NCBI GenBank assembly: GCA_963697335.1
Contig: CAVONQ010000005.1
Location: 32,001 to 96,000 of the forward strand
Length of the DNA stretch: 64,000 bases
Direction: 5' to 3'
Source: an uncultured cyanobacterium
Lineage (GTDB): Bacteria; Cyanobacteriota; Cyanobacteriia; PCC-6307; Cyanobiaceae
The notes beneath the pieces were generated by a model that worked only from the letters and a program-made list of their open reading frames with translations, did no database searches and was not told where the DNA came from. Of the stretch, positions 41,357-50,230 are shown in pieces. The position numbers and the translations under genes were made by a program. Each line of letters opens with the position of its first letter. The stretch's first letter is position 1.

Positions 41357-41944
41357 ATGCACTCCCGGCTGATCACCGGGCTGGTGCTGGTTGGGCTTGC
41401 CGCCACACCCTCGAGCCGCGCCCTTCAGCAGCCGGAGCTGCCGGTGGCCGTGTGTGTGGTGGCGCCGCGCGTGGAGCCGGTCGAGATGGCCGACGCCCTC
41501 GGCGTTGTGCCGGTGTCCCGCCCCCGACTGGTGCTGATGGAACCCCTGCTGGAGCTGCGCATCGAACGGCCCCGAGCCGACACCTGGCGCCTGGTGGGCA
41601 GCCCCGAGCAGCCCATCCGCACCCCCCTGGACTGGCCCACCACGCCGATCCTGCCCGACGAGCCGGTGCTGTTGCAGCTGCGCCCCCAGGACGCCTCCGC
41701 TGAGGCCTTTGCCCATGTACACCTGGTGGGTGCCTCGGCCAGCCGCATGGCCCAGAGCCAGCGGCTGATCGACCAGCTCAGCGAGGGGGGGCAGGCGGCC
41801 GACTGGCTGGGAGCCATCGACAGCGCCCTGCGGGAGGGCGATGTCCCCCTCGCCTGGGCGCTGCTGTTCGCGCCCCAGCTCCCCGACGATGGCCCGCTCA
41901 GAGCCCTGCAGCAGGAGGTGATCCGCCGCGGCTGCGGCGACTGA
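41357..41944 (+). CDS. Hypothetical exported protein
   Basis: N-terminal signal-like helix, host-like codon use. Confidence 0.65.
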   Translation: MHSRLITGLVLVGLAATPSSRALQQPELPVAVCVVAPRVEPVEMADALGVVPVSRPRLVLMEPLLELRIERPRADTWRLVGSPEQPIRTPLDWPTTPILPDEPVLLQLRPQDASAEAFAHVHLVGASASRMAQSQRLIDQLSEGGQAADWLGAIDSALREGDVPLAWALLFAPQLPDDGPLRALQQEVIRRGCGD

Positions 41945-41965
41945 CACCGGTGGAGCCAGGAGTGC

Positions 41966-41979
41966 AGTACAAATGTACG
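41966..41979 (+). promoter_or_regulatory. Cyanobacterial LexA (SOS) box
   Basis: AGTACAAATGTACG fits RGTAC-N3-DGTWCB, directly upstream of the umuD-like gene. Confidence 0.85.
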
Positions 41980-42001
41980 CAGCAGGTTGGGCCGGCACTG
42001 G

Positions 42002-42547
42002 ATGGGCCACTTTGATAACACCTCCCAGCGGGCCGATCTGCACTGGCTGGGTGCCATCAGCGGCGAGGCCTCAGGCGAAGCGCTGCCGCTCGCCCTGGAG
42101 AGCATCGCGGCCGGGTTCCCCAGTCCCGCCGACGACTACGTGGAGGCGTCGATCGACCTGAACGCGGCGCTGGTGCCGCGGCCCACCTCCACGTTCCTGA
42201 TGCGGGTGGAAGGCGACGCCATGCAGGGAGCCGGCATCCAGCACGGCGACCTGCTGGTGATCGACCGGAGTGTGGCCGCGCGGCCAGGCTGCACGGTGGT
42301 GGCCATTCACGAGGGGCGCTTCGTGCTGCGACAGCTGCGGGGCGAGCGGCCGCCATGGCACCTGGTGGCAAGCGATCCCGCCATCCCCGCCATCCGCGTG
42401 GACGAGCCCGGGGGAGAACTGCTGATCTGGGGCGTGGTGATGCATGCCGTGCACCATCTGCTGCCCCGGCGTCAGGCGTTCACCAGAAACCCTGGGAGCG
42501 AAGCCACAGCCCCAGCAGGGCCATCGGCACAAACACCGCCGCCATGA
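42002..42547 (+). CDS. umuD: UmuD-like S24 family protein lacking catalytic Ser and Lys
   Basis: IAAGFPSPADDYVE..IDLN, TFLMRVEGDAM, GDLLVIDRS, IWGVV. Confidence 0.85.
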   Translation: MGHFDNTSQRADLHWLGAISGEASGEALPLALESIAAGFPSPADDYVEASIDLNAALVPRPTSTFLMRVEGDAMQGAGIQHGDLLVIDRSVAARPGCTVVAIHEGRFVLRQLRGERPPWHLVASDPAIPAIRVDEPGGELLIWGVVMHAVHHLLPRRQAFTRNPGSEATAPAGPSAQTPPP

Positions 42548-42602
42548 TCTGCAGCTTCACGACCCGTGGAGAGGGCGTCTGGGAGGGAGGCATAGAACGC
42601 AA

Positions 42603-42633
42603 ACCGGGTCTCTGACAGTGTCAGGGACCCGGT
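42603..42633 (-). terminator. Stem-loop / probable terminator between convergent umuD and hli
   Basis: ACCGGGTCCCTGAC-ACT-GTCAGAGACCCGGT followed by TTGCGTT on the minus strand. Confidence 0.6.
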
Positions 42634-42747
42634 GAAGGAACGCAGCCAGGAGGCTGGGGAACAATGTGTTCTGGGATCAGAAGCGAGGGTGGGGCGCAGC
42701 GATGATCAGCACGGAGCCGAGGGGGCTGCGCCCGGCAACAGAGACCT

Positions 42748-42894
42748 TCAGCCGAGACCCACCTGGGCCAGGATGCCCTGGCCGGTGAGGATCTCGGTGG
42801 CCAGGCCGATGACGAAGCCCATCATGGCCATACGGCCATTCCAGGTTTCAGCGAAAGCGACGAAGCCGAAGCGGGAGGCGGTGTTGTCAGCCAT
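42748..42894 (-). CDS. hli: High-light-inducible protein (HLIP), 48 aa, not in ORF track
   Basis: FGFVAFAETWNGRMAMMGFVIGLATEILTGQGILAQVG (ExxNGRxAM). Confidence 0.95.
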   Translation of the reverse strand: MADNTASRFGFVAFAETWNGRMAMMGFVIGLATEILTGQGILAQVGLG

Positions 42895-43051
42895 GGGAGG
42901 CAAGTGACGAAACGTTGCGCTGACTGTAACAGAACATGAAGGGACGTGGGTCGGGGAGGGCGAGGGTCATCAAGTGCTGACGCTGGCAGCTCTGACCTCA
43001 GCGGAAGCCATCCCTAGGGTGCCAACAGCACACCAGCGTCAGAGGCCAACC

Positions 43052-43291
43052 GTGGAGATCGACCGCCCGGGGGCACGGCCCCTCAGCAGCGAAGAAGAGG
43101 CGCTACTGGAGCAATTCCGCCAGAAGCTCCACGCCAAAACCCTGCAGGGGGGCCTCAGCCCTGAGGATGTGCAGCGGATCATCGCCGGCATCAAGGAGCA
43201 CCCCGCCGCCAGCCAGGCGGTGATGGCGGCGATCTCCGAAGAGCAGCGCAACCTGGCGCCGGGCCAGCGGCTGCTGCGCCTGGATGGTTGA
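43052..43291 (+). CDS. Small hypothetical protein
   Basis: GTG start, MEIDRPGARPLSSEEE; overlaps the downstream lipase start. Confidence 0.65.
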   Translation: MEIDRPGARPLSSEEEALLEQFRQKLHAKTLQGGLSPEDVQRIIAGIKEHPAASQAVMAAISEEQRNLAPGQRLLRLDG

Positions 43292-43883
43292 GGCACCACC
43301 GCCCCTGGTGTTGGTGCATGGGCTCTGGGACAGCCCGCGGGTGTTCAACCCCCTGATCCGCCACCTGGACGGCCGCCGCCAGCCGATCCTGGCGCCGCAC
43401 CTGCCCCATGGCATCGGCCAGGTGCCCCTGGAAAGGCTGGCGGAGCAGCTGGCCTCCTATCTGGCCACTCAGCTGGGGGCGGACCAGCCGATCGACCTGC
43501 TGGGCTTCTCCATGGGAGGGGTGATCGCCCGGATCTGGCTGCAGTGGCTGGGGGGCCATCGGCGCACCCGCCGGTTCATCAGCCTGGGCAGCCCCCAGCA
43601 GGGCACCCTCAACGCCCTGGCCTGCCCGCCCTGGCTGCTGCCAGGCATCGCCGACATGGGCCGGGGCAGCTCCCTGCTGCGGCGCCTCAACCAGGACACC
43701 ACGGCCCTGCAGCAGCTGGAGTGCGTGAGCCTCTACACGCCCTTCGACCTGATCGTGACGCCGGGGTGGCAGGCGGCTCTGCCCTGGGGCCGCCGCGAGG
43801 GACTGCTGGTGTGGACCCACGACCAACTGCTGCGTTCCCCGATCGCCCTGGAGCGGCTGGGCAAGGAGCTGCTGAGGCCGTGA
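43284..43883 (+). CDS. Alpha/beta hydrolase (lipase-like)
   Basis: LVHGLWD, GFSMGG nucleophile elbow, SLGSPQQGT, DLIV, H. Confidence 0.9.
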   Translation: MVEAPPPLVLVHGLWDSPRVFNPLIRHLDGRRQPILAPHLPHGIGQVPLERLAEQLASYLATQLGADQPIDLLGFSMGGVIARIWLQWLGGHRRTRRFISLGSPQQGTLNALACPPWLLPGIADMGRGSSLLRRLNQDTTALQQLECVSLYTPFDLIVTPGWQAALPWGRREGLLVWTHDQLLRSPIALERLGKELLRP

Positions 43884-43964
43884 GCAGCGAGGGGCTGGGC
43901 TCACCAATCCTGGAGAAATCCGGAGGCTGGAGCAGAGCGCAGAGTGTGCCCCCAGAATGGCCGG

Positions 43965-44186
43965 ATGGTCGTGCCCAATCCAGAAGGTCGGTATCGCGTG
44001 CGCCCCAAAGTTGAGCGCGAGCAGAGTGTGCCCCAGCAGGTGATCGCGCCGAGGTTCTGGGACCGGGATGAAGCCGAGACCTTCGCCCAGAGCCTCGCCC
44101 AGCAGCAGCACCGCAGTGTGGTGGTGGAGAAGCTGGCCCCCAGCGGCTGCTGGCTGCAACTCAGCACGGTGACCTCGATCCCCTGA
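43965..44186 (+). CDS. Small hypothetical protein
   Basis: 73-aa ORF, host-like codon use. Confidence 0.55.
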   Translation: MVVPNPEGRYRVRPKVEREQSVPQQVIAPRFWDRDEAETFAQSLAQQQHRSVVVEKLAPSGCWLQLSTVTSIP

Positions 44187-44193
44187 GCCGACC

Positions 44194-44469
44194 TCAGGGC
44201 TCGGCGGGCCTGTCGCGCTGCAGGGCGATCACCTCAGGGGCGAACACGAAGGTGAGGGCATCGAGGCACTCCGCCTGCCCATCGATGGCGCAGACGCCTC
44301 CGGCCACGAAGTCGATCAGACGCTGGGCCTCGGCCCGGTCCATGGCACCGGCATGGACCACGGCGGTCTTGAGCTCCCGCACCGCCTCAACGATCGCCTG
44401 GGCATCCTCGAAACCGATGGGGTGGAACACCACCACCTCCGGCAGCCAGTCGCCAAAGGGACTCTGCAT
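44194..44469 (-). CDS. Short SepF-like protein
   Basis: P..FEDAQ.I, AQRLIDFVAGG..AIDG, F.FAP. Confidence 0.8.
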   Translation of the reverse strand: MQSPFGDWLPEVVVFHPIGFEDAQAIVEAVRELKTAVVHAGAMDRAEAQRLIDFVAGGVCAIDGQAECLDALTFVFAPEVIALQRDRPAEP

Positions 44470-44552
44470 AGCCGTGCCGTAGGGCGGCAGGTTACTCGGG
44501 GGAGCGGGGTCTGACCAACACGACCGCTACCGAACCTGCGGCTCGGGGGCCG

Positions 44553-45152
44553 TCAAGCGGAAAGGGGTCCTGTCGATCCGGAAACGGGTGGCAAGCAAAA
44601 AGGGCTCCGCAGAGCCCCATCTCGGAAAACGCCCCCAACGGATTGGGGACATCGTCCACCTCGACCCCCTGACGCTACCGGGACGCGGCGGCAGCTGGCG
44701 ACCGGAGGAGCTGGCGGCCCGGAGGCGGGCAGAACCGAGCAGGCGTAGCTGGTCTGCTGGGCCTGCTGCAGCAGCAGGGTGGGCCGGCTCGGATCCTCCA
44801 GGCTCCACCACCAGCGTCCGTCACCGAAGCTGGGGGCTCCGGCGTTGTTGGTACGGGGCAACTGCAGGTGCAGCTCGCGCCAATCGATCACCACAAAGGC
44901 CCCCGGCAGGGTGCCCGCCAGGGTGTTGGGGATGCCGGGGGCGTCGACCGCGCCGTTCTCGACCCGGGCCAGCAACAGGTCGCCATCGCAGCTGTAGCGG
45001 CTGGGCTGGTTGGCCGCCTCCTCCAGCCCCCAGGCCGCCGAGCCAGGGCCCAGCAGCAGCAGCCCCAGGGCCAGCAGGGGCGGCAGGAGCCATCGCGTGG
45101 CAGCCGCGGAGAGCAGGCCGCGGAGCAGCGGGGGCAGCAGGTGGGACGGCAT
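44553..45152 (-). CDS. Exported protein, possible MliC/PliC-like fold; true 3' end probably near 44675
   Basis: Signal peptide, Y-x-C near both ends of the domain, LPRTNNAGAPSF.DG.WWW; ORF tail runs through a terminator. Confidence 0.6.
   Translation of the reverse strand: MPSHLLPPLLRGLLSAAATRWLLPPLLALGLLLLGPGSAAWGLEEAANQPSRYSCDGDLLLARVENGAVDAPGIPNTLAGTLPGAFVVIDWRELHLQLPRTNNAGAPSFGDGRWWWSLEDPSRPTLLLQQAQQTSYACSVLPASGPPAPPVASCRRVPVASGGRGGRCPQSVGGVFRDGALRSPFCLPPVSGSTGPLSA
44597..44617 (-). terminator. Rho-independent terminator
   Basis: GGGCTC-TGCG-GAGCCC-TTTTT on the minus strand. Confidence 0.8.
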
Positions 45153-45167
45153 CGGGCGCTCCCGGCT

Positions 45168-46379
45168 CTAGGTCAGCCCAGCTTGCAGCAGGGACGAGGC
45201 CAGCTGTTCGGCGCTGTGCAGAGCACCCTCAATGCGGCCAAAGCCCTCGCCATCGAGGTAGTCGCCGCAGAAGCCGACGCGGCTGAGCGGGCATAGCCGC
45301 AGGGACGGGGGCAGGCCTGGCGCCACGGGGAACGCCGCCGCCCAGCGCATCAGCTGGGGAGAGGCCCGTTCCAGGGTGAGGTCATCAATCCAGGGGGCCA
45401 GGCACTCCATCACGGCCCTGGCCAGGGCCTGGATCACGTCCTCCTCACGGCCGGCATCGACGGGAAGAGCCAGCAGCCGGGCCGCCGCGGAGTGGGATCC
45501 ATAGACATCGAGGTGGTCGGCCGCGAAGGCATCGCTGGAATGGGCGACCACGGCACAGCGGCCGTCCGGGAGGGGCTGGATGCTGATCCGGCGCAGACCC
45601 CAGCGCTGCTGAGCCGCTGGATCAAAGTTCACCAGGGAGAACGGCAGGGAGTTCCAGGGCAGGGCTTCCTCAGGAGGGAAGAGCAGCAGCAGGTTGCTGC
45701 GGGCCTCGGCACGAATACCCGCAATGGTGGTGAGGGCGTGATCGAGCTGGAGATCCCCCAGCGATGCGGCCGCCCGTACCAGCGGCACCTCCGGCCACTC
45801 AAACAGCAGGCAGCTGCGGGGGTGGGCCAGCAGGGTGCTGCTGAGCACCAGCCAATCGGCCTCGCCCTGGAGCTCACCGTGGCGATCCCACAGCCGCCAG
45901 GGGCCGCTGGAGGAGCACTCCAGGGAGCGGATCAAGGTGCCGTAATGGGCCTCGGCGGCAGGCTGGGCACCACTGGCCCCCAGTTGCAGCAGTCCGCGGC
46001 AGAGGCCATCCATCCCGTCCGCGCCCCGGTAGAGGTGGCCGATCCCGAGGACATCGGGGCGACCGATGTGCAGGCGCGACTCCCCCTCCAGCAGGGCCAT
46101 CAGACCGTTCCAAGGCGTGATCCAGCCCCCCTCCAGCAGGGGCTCCAGCAGCTCCGGAGGACACTCGCTGCGGATGTTCAGCAGGGGCGCCCCATGGTCG
46201 ATGGCCAGGGCTGCATCCCTCCGGGAGCGGCGTGTGCTGGCCCGCCCGCCCGGACCCCGCCCGGTCTCCCAGAGGCTGATCAGGCCATCAAAACCCGCCC
46301 GACGCAGCTGGGCGGCAGTGGCGCAGCCAGCAACCCCAGCCCCGACGACAGCAACGGATCCCGATCCAGACCGGGCCAT
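45168..46379 (-). CDS. NAD(P)/FAD-dependent oxidoreductase (renalase-like)
   Basis: VVGAGVAG, GGRASTRR, DHGAP, RWAAA, CGD..RIEGA..S. Confidence 0.88.
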   Translation of the reverse strand: MARSGSGSVAVVGAGVAGCATAAQLRRAGFDGLISLWETGRGPGGRASTRRSRRDAALAIDHGAPLLNIRSECPPELLEPLLEGGWITPWNGLMALLEGESRLHIGRPDVLGIGHLYRGADGMDGLCRGLLQLGASGAQPAAEAHYGTLIRSLECSSSGPWRLWDRHGELQGEADWLVLSSTLLAHPRSCLLFEWPEVPLVRAAASLGDLQLDHALTTIAGIRAEARSNLLLLFPPEEALPWNSLPFSLVNFDPAAQQRWGLRRISIQPLPDGRCAVVAHSSDAFAADHLDVYGSHSAAARLLALPVDAGREEDVIQALARAVMECLAPWIDDLTLERASPQLMRWAAAFPVAPGLPPSLRLCPLSRVGFCGDYLDGEGFGRIEGALHSAEQLASSLLQAGLT

Positions 46380-46514
46380 GACGGGGGCACCACCCAGGAA
46401 TCCCTCAGGATGCCAGCGCCGCTGCACAGGTGCAGAAGCCGATCCGCGACCCCAGCGGGCCGGCCAGCTCCCAGGGCCCCTGTCGCAGTAGCGTCGTGCT
46501 CGACGTAAGCGTCC

Positions 46515-46907
46515 ATGGCGCGATTTCTGCTGGTGCTCAAGCCCGAAGGCCACCCCGAGTCGGCGGCGATCCTCGAGGCTCTCGACCCGGTGCTCAGGGA
46601 CCTGAACGCCGAGGTGGATCACCGCACCTCGGCCCACCTCGGGGCCATGGTCAAGCAGGGGGGCGAAAGCCAGCGCATGCAGCTGTTTGCCGACGTGCAG
46701 TCCAAGGCCGATGGCAGGGTGCTGGAGCTGGTGCTGCTCAGTCGCGAGGCGATGGGCCTGCGGGCACCCCAGACCCACCAGACCTTTGTGCGGCTGCTGG
46801 AGCTGGTGAGCCAGCACCTGGGAGGCATGACGCTTCAGTTCCGCTCCGACCGGGATGGCCCCTTACCTCAGATCCGCAGCTCCGCCGATCCGGCGGCAGC
46901 CGGGTGA
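46515..46907 (+). CDS. Conserved hypothetical protein
   Basis: 130-aa ORF, host-like codon use. Confidence 0.7.
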   Translation: MARFLLVLKPEGHPESAAILEALDPVLRDLNAEVDHRTSAHLGAMVKQGGESQRMQLFADVQSKADGRVLELVLLSREAMGLRAPQTHQTFVRLLELVSQHLGGMTLQFRSDRDGPLPQIRSSADPAAAG

Positions 46908-47309
46908 TCATCCAGGCAGGATCACCCGATCGATCACGTGAACCACGCCGTTGTCACAGACGACATCGGCAGCCACCACCGTGGCGTTCTTCACTTCAAA
47001 GGGCTCAGCCCGCCTGATCGGCACGGGCGCGCCCTCCAGGCTGTCCCACTGGGGCTGCTGCACCAGCTGCTCGCGGCGATGGTCGCCGGAGAGCACATGG
47101 AACTTGAGGATGCGGGCCAGCTGGGGTGGGTTGTCCACCAGGGTCTGGACCGTGCCGGGGGGCAGGGCCGCGAAGGCATCATCCACCGGGGCAAACACGG
47201 TGAAGGGCCCCGGGCCCTCCAGGGCGCCCCGCAGGCCAGCAGCATCAACGGCGGCAAGCAGGGTCTGAAAGCTGCCGGCGGATGCAGCCGTTTCGAGAAT
47301 GGTGGCCAT
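46908..47309 (-). CDS. cupS: Fasciclin-domain subunit of the NDH-1(3) CO2-uptake complex
   Basis: FTVFAPVDDAF, ILKFHV, NGVVHVIDRV; directly downstream of cupA. Confidence 0.85.
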   Translation of the reverse strand: MATILETAASAGSFQTLLAAVDAAGLRGALEGPGPFTVFAPVDDAFAALPPGTVQTLVDNPPQLARILKFHVLSGDHRREQLVQQPQWDSLEGAPVPIRRAEPFEVKNATVVAADVVCDNGVVHVIDRVILPG

Positions 47310-47332
47310 GGGAAAAGGGCAAAAGGAACGGA

Positions 47333-48643
47333 TCAGCGGTAGTCCTGGGTCTGAATGGCGCTCAGGCGGGCTTCCGGCCGCAGGAAACGGTCCATCTGGG
47401 CTTCAAAGAACTGGCGATTGGCACTCAGGTGGGCGGGATCAGGGTCGTCGAGGGGGTAGAGAAGCGCGCAGCGCAGGGCCTGGATCACCGCTGAGGTGAC
47501 GTTGTACATCGAGCGCTGGAAGGTGATGCCCAGCTGAATCAGCTTGTCCTCATCGCCGCGCTTGTGGTTGCGGTACATCTCTTCCAGATAGGGAGGCAGA
47601 AAGTGCAGCATGTCCTGCATCAGCAGGGTTGGGGGGATCCCCGCTGAGCCCACGGGAAAGACATCGGCATAGAGAATGCCGTAGTGAAAGTCGGCCTGAT
47701 CAGCGGGCACCTGCATGGCCTGGGCGTTGTAGCTCTTGGTGCCACGGAAGGGCGCCGTGCGGTAGAAGACCGCCTCCACGTAGGGCAGAGCCGCCTCATA
47801 CAGCCAGGTGAAGCCGCAGCTCTTGGGAATGATCTCGAAGCACTCACCCCGGATGAACACATGGTGATAGATCGGGCGCCCGGCGACGGCGAAGATCCCG
47901 TTCACCAGGAAGTCCATGGCCGCAGGCACCGAGGTGAGTTTGCCCTCGTCGTAGAGGTCACTCATCTCGAAGAACACAGGCGCCATCACCTCCCAGAAGA
48001 GACCCAGGTTCGCGTAATAGGAGAGCTTCCGCACCTGCTCAAGGAACATGTCAGGAAACAGGCGGTAGAGGCCCAGCATCAGGGGATTGCCCTTGAAGTA
48101 GGCCTTGATGGCACGGTCGGCCTGCTCCCGGTAGGGCTCGGAATCGAGGTAGTCGTTGAAGCGGCCACCCATGCCCTGGTGCCAGAACATGGCATCCATG
48201 CAAGCCTCAGCAAACTCCATGTTCACCCGGTCGTGCCAGAGGTGATGCAGCAGCTTGGACATGGAGCCGGTTTCACCCTTGGCCATGAACTCCAGCAACT
48301 CGGGGTGGGTTTTCTCTCCACCCCTCCAGATCCGAAGTTGAGACTGATCGCCTGAATAGCTGTTGGGCCGATCCAGATACTCCTGGGAGATGAAGTACTT
48401 GAAGGCCGGCAACGGGTTCAGGAAAACCTTCTCGGCGATGTAGAGGAGGTCGCGCCAGTAGAAATCCATCGGCACGGCATAGGCCTTGTAGATGCCGATG
48501 ATCTGCTGCAGATTCTCCGGGTTGTCCGGCAGCATCGAACCACCCGCCTCCAGGCGATGGATCACCTCCGCATAGGGGTGGGTGGAGGGGGGAATCGGCG
48601 GGGCCTGGGTCTCGGAGGGGGCGAGCGCGGAGGGAGGGGTCAT
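47333..48643 (-). CDS. cupA: CO2 hydration protein ChpY/CupA
   Basis: PPSTHPYAEVIHRLEAGGSMLPD, YKAYAVPMDFYWRDLLY, GIPPTLLMQDM; AAGGAG RBS. Confidence 0.93.
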   Translation of the reverse strand: MTPPSALAPSETQAPPIPPSTHPYAEVIHRLEAGGSMLPDNPENLQQIIGIYKAYAVPMDFYWRDLLYIAEKVFLNPLPAFKYFISQEYLDRPNSYSGDQSQLRIWRGGEKTHPELLEFMAKGETGSMSKLLHHLWHDRVNMEFAEACMDAMFWHQGMGGRFNDYLDSEPYREQADRAIKAYFKGNPLMLGLYRLFPDMFLEQVRKLSYYANLGLFWEVMAPVFFEMSDLYDEGKLTSVPAAMDFLVNGIFAVAGRPIYHHVFIRGECFEIIPKSCGFTWLYEAALPYVEAVFYRTAPFRGTKSYNAQAMQVPADQADFHYGILYADVFPVGSAGIPPTLLMQDMLHFLPPYLEEMYRNHKRGDEDKLIQLGITFQRSMYNVTSAVIQALRCALLYPLDDPDPAHLSANRQFFEAQMDRFLRPEARLSAIQTQDYR

Positions 48644-50221
48644 GCCAGGAGCTCCTTGGTGGCGGCAGAGGGAAAGGCAGGGGCGGGGGGCAGGGCAGCG
48701 GCAAGGGCCGGAGCTGCTGCGCGTCGATCGGGAGATCAGGGTGGAGCTGGTGCCTGTGGACTGCCTCAGGGCCAGAAAAGCCGTGGTGGATTCACTCCAG
48801 CCCGTCAACAGGTCCGGGCGGATGCCCGTGAACAGCACCAGGACCGAAAGCACGATCGCCGGGGCCCGTTCACCCCATGTCGTGGCCAGCCAGTCGGCGC
48901 GGTCGTTGTCGAGGCGACCGAAGCCCACCCGGTTGAACAGACGCACCGCGTAGACAGCGGTGAATCCGGAGGCCACAAGGCACACCAGGGTGGCCCGGGG
49001 GAAGGTGACCCAGCTGCCTTCAAACACCAGCAGCTCAGCGGGGAAACCCGCCAGACCAGGAATGCCGGCAGCAGCCATCAGAGCCAGCAGCAGCATGCCC
49101 GTGGTGAACGGCAGGCCACGAATCGGGTTCATCAGGCCCGAGAGTTCAGGAATGGAGGTGGTGCCGGTCTTGCGCTCAATCAGGCCCACGCAGGAAAACA
49201 GCAGGGCCGTGATCAATCCCTGGGCCAGGATCTGGGCCACGGCGCCCTGCAGACTCATCGGCGTGGCTGCAGCCAGGGCAAGGGTGAGCAGGCCCATGTG
49301 GCCCAGGGCGCTGTAGGCCATCACGCGACGGATGTCGGTCTGGGCAATGGCGTTGAGGGCCCCGTACACCGCACTCACCGCAGCCGCCGCCGCGATCCAG
49401 GGGGAAAAACTGGCCCAGGCGTCCGGCAGCAGACCTACGCCGAAGCGCAGCAGGCCGTAGGCCCCCAGCTTCGACACCGAGCCGCTGAGCAGCATCACCA
49501 CAGGAATCGGCGCCTCGGCATAGGTGATGGGCTGCCAGCCATGCAGGGGCACGATCGGCAGCTTGAGGCCAAAGCTGAGCAGCAGCAGGGCCAGGATCCA
49601 CTGGCCCGCCGATGGGCTGAAGCTGGCGTTGGCGAGGGTCTGGAAGCTGAACAGCGTCATGCCGGCGGCGGCATCGCCCCCAGGCTGGGCCAGCCAGCCC
49701 AGGGCCAGCACCGCGGCCAGCAGGGCCAGGCCGGACACCGCGCCATAGAGCAGATAGCGGATTGCGGCTCCCCGGCCATTGGCCTGTCCCCAGATGGCCA
49801 CCAGCAGGGTGGTGGGGATCAGCACCAGCTCAAAGGCGAGCAGAAAGAGCAGGGCGTTCTGGGCCATGAAGGCCCCCACCAGTCCAAGGTTGGTGGCCAG
49901 CAGCAGGCTCACGTAAAGCCGCGGTCGGACCTGATCGACGGGCGAGGCGAGCAGCACCAGCATCGTCAGCAGTGCCGTGAGCAGCACCACCGGCAGGGAG
50001 AGGCCGTCGAGCCCCAGTTCAAGGGCCAGGCCGAGCTTGGGCAGCCAGGCGATGGCGAGATCGGCCGGCTGCTGGAGCCAGCACAGAGCCCCGAGCAGGA
50101 GCTGAAAGGCCACCGCGGCGATGGCCAGGGTGCGGGGCCGAAGGGCGCCATCGGCGGGCAGCACGGCCACCGCCAGGCCGGACAGCAGGGGCACCAACAA
50201 CAACAGGATGAGCAGCGACAT
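48640..50221 (-). CDS. ndhD3: NDH-1 subunit D3; appears fused to cupA owing to one extra base near 48730
   Basis: NuoM-family motifs LDGLS, FELVLIP, KLPIVPLHGW, KLGAYG; shifted frame ends ..KELLA-TGA overlapping the cupA ATG. Confidence 0.9.
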
Positions 50222-50230
50222 GGCCGGGAT

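Noticed and set aside
47333..50221. Apparent 962-aa NdhD3-CupA fusion
   Set aside because: cupA has its own AAGGAG RBS and ATG. Deleting one base near 48730 gives NdhD3 a natural tail ending in an ATGA overlap, matching the other +1 errors.
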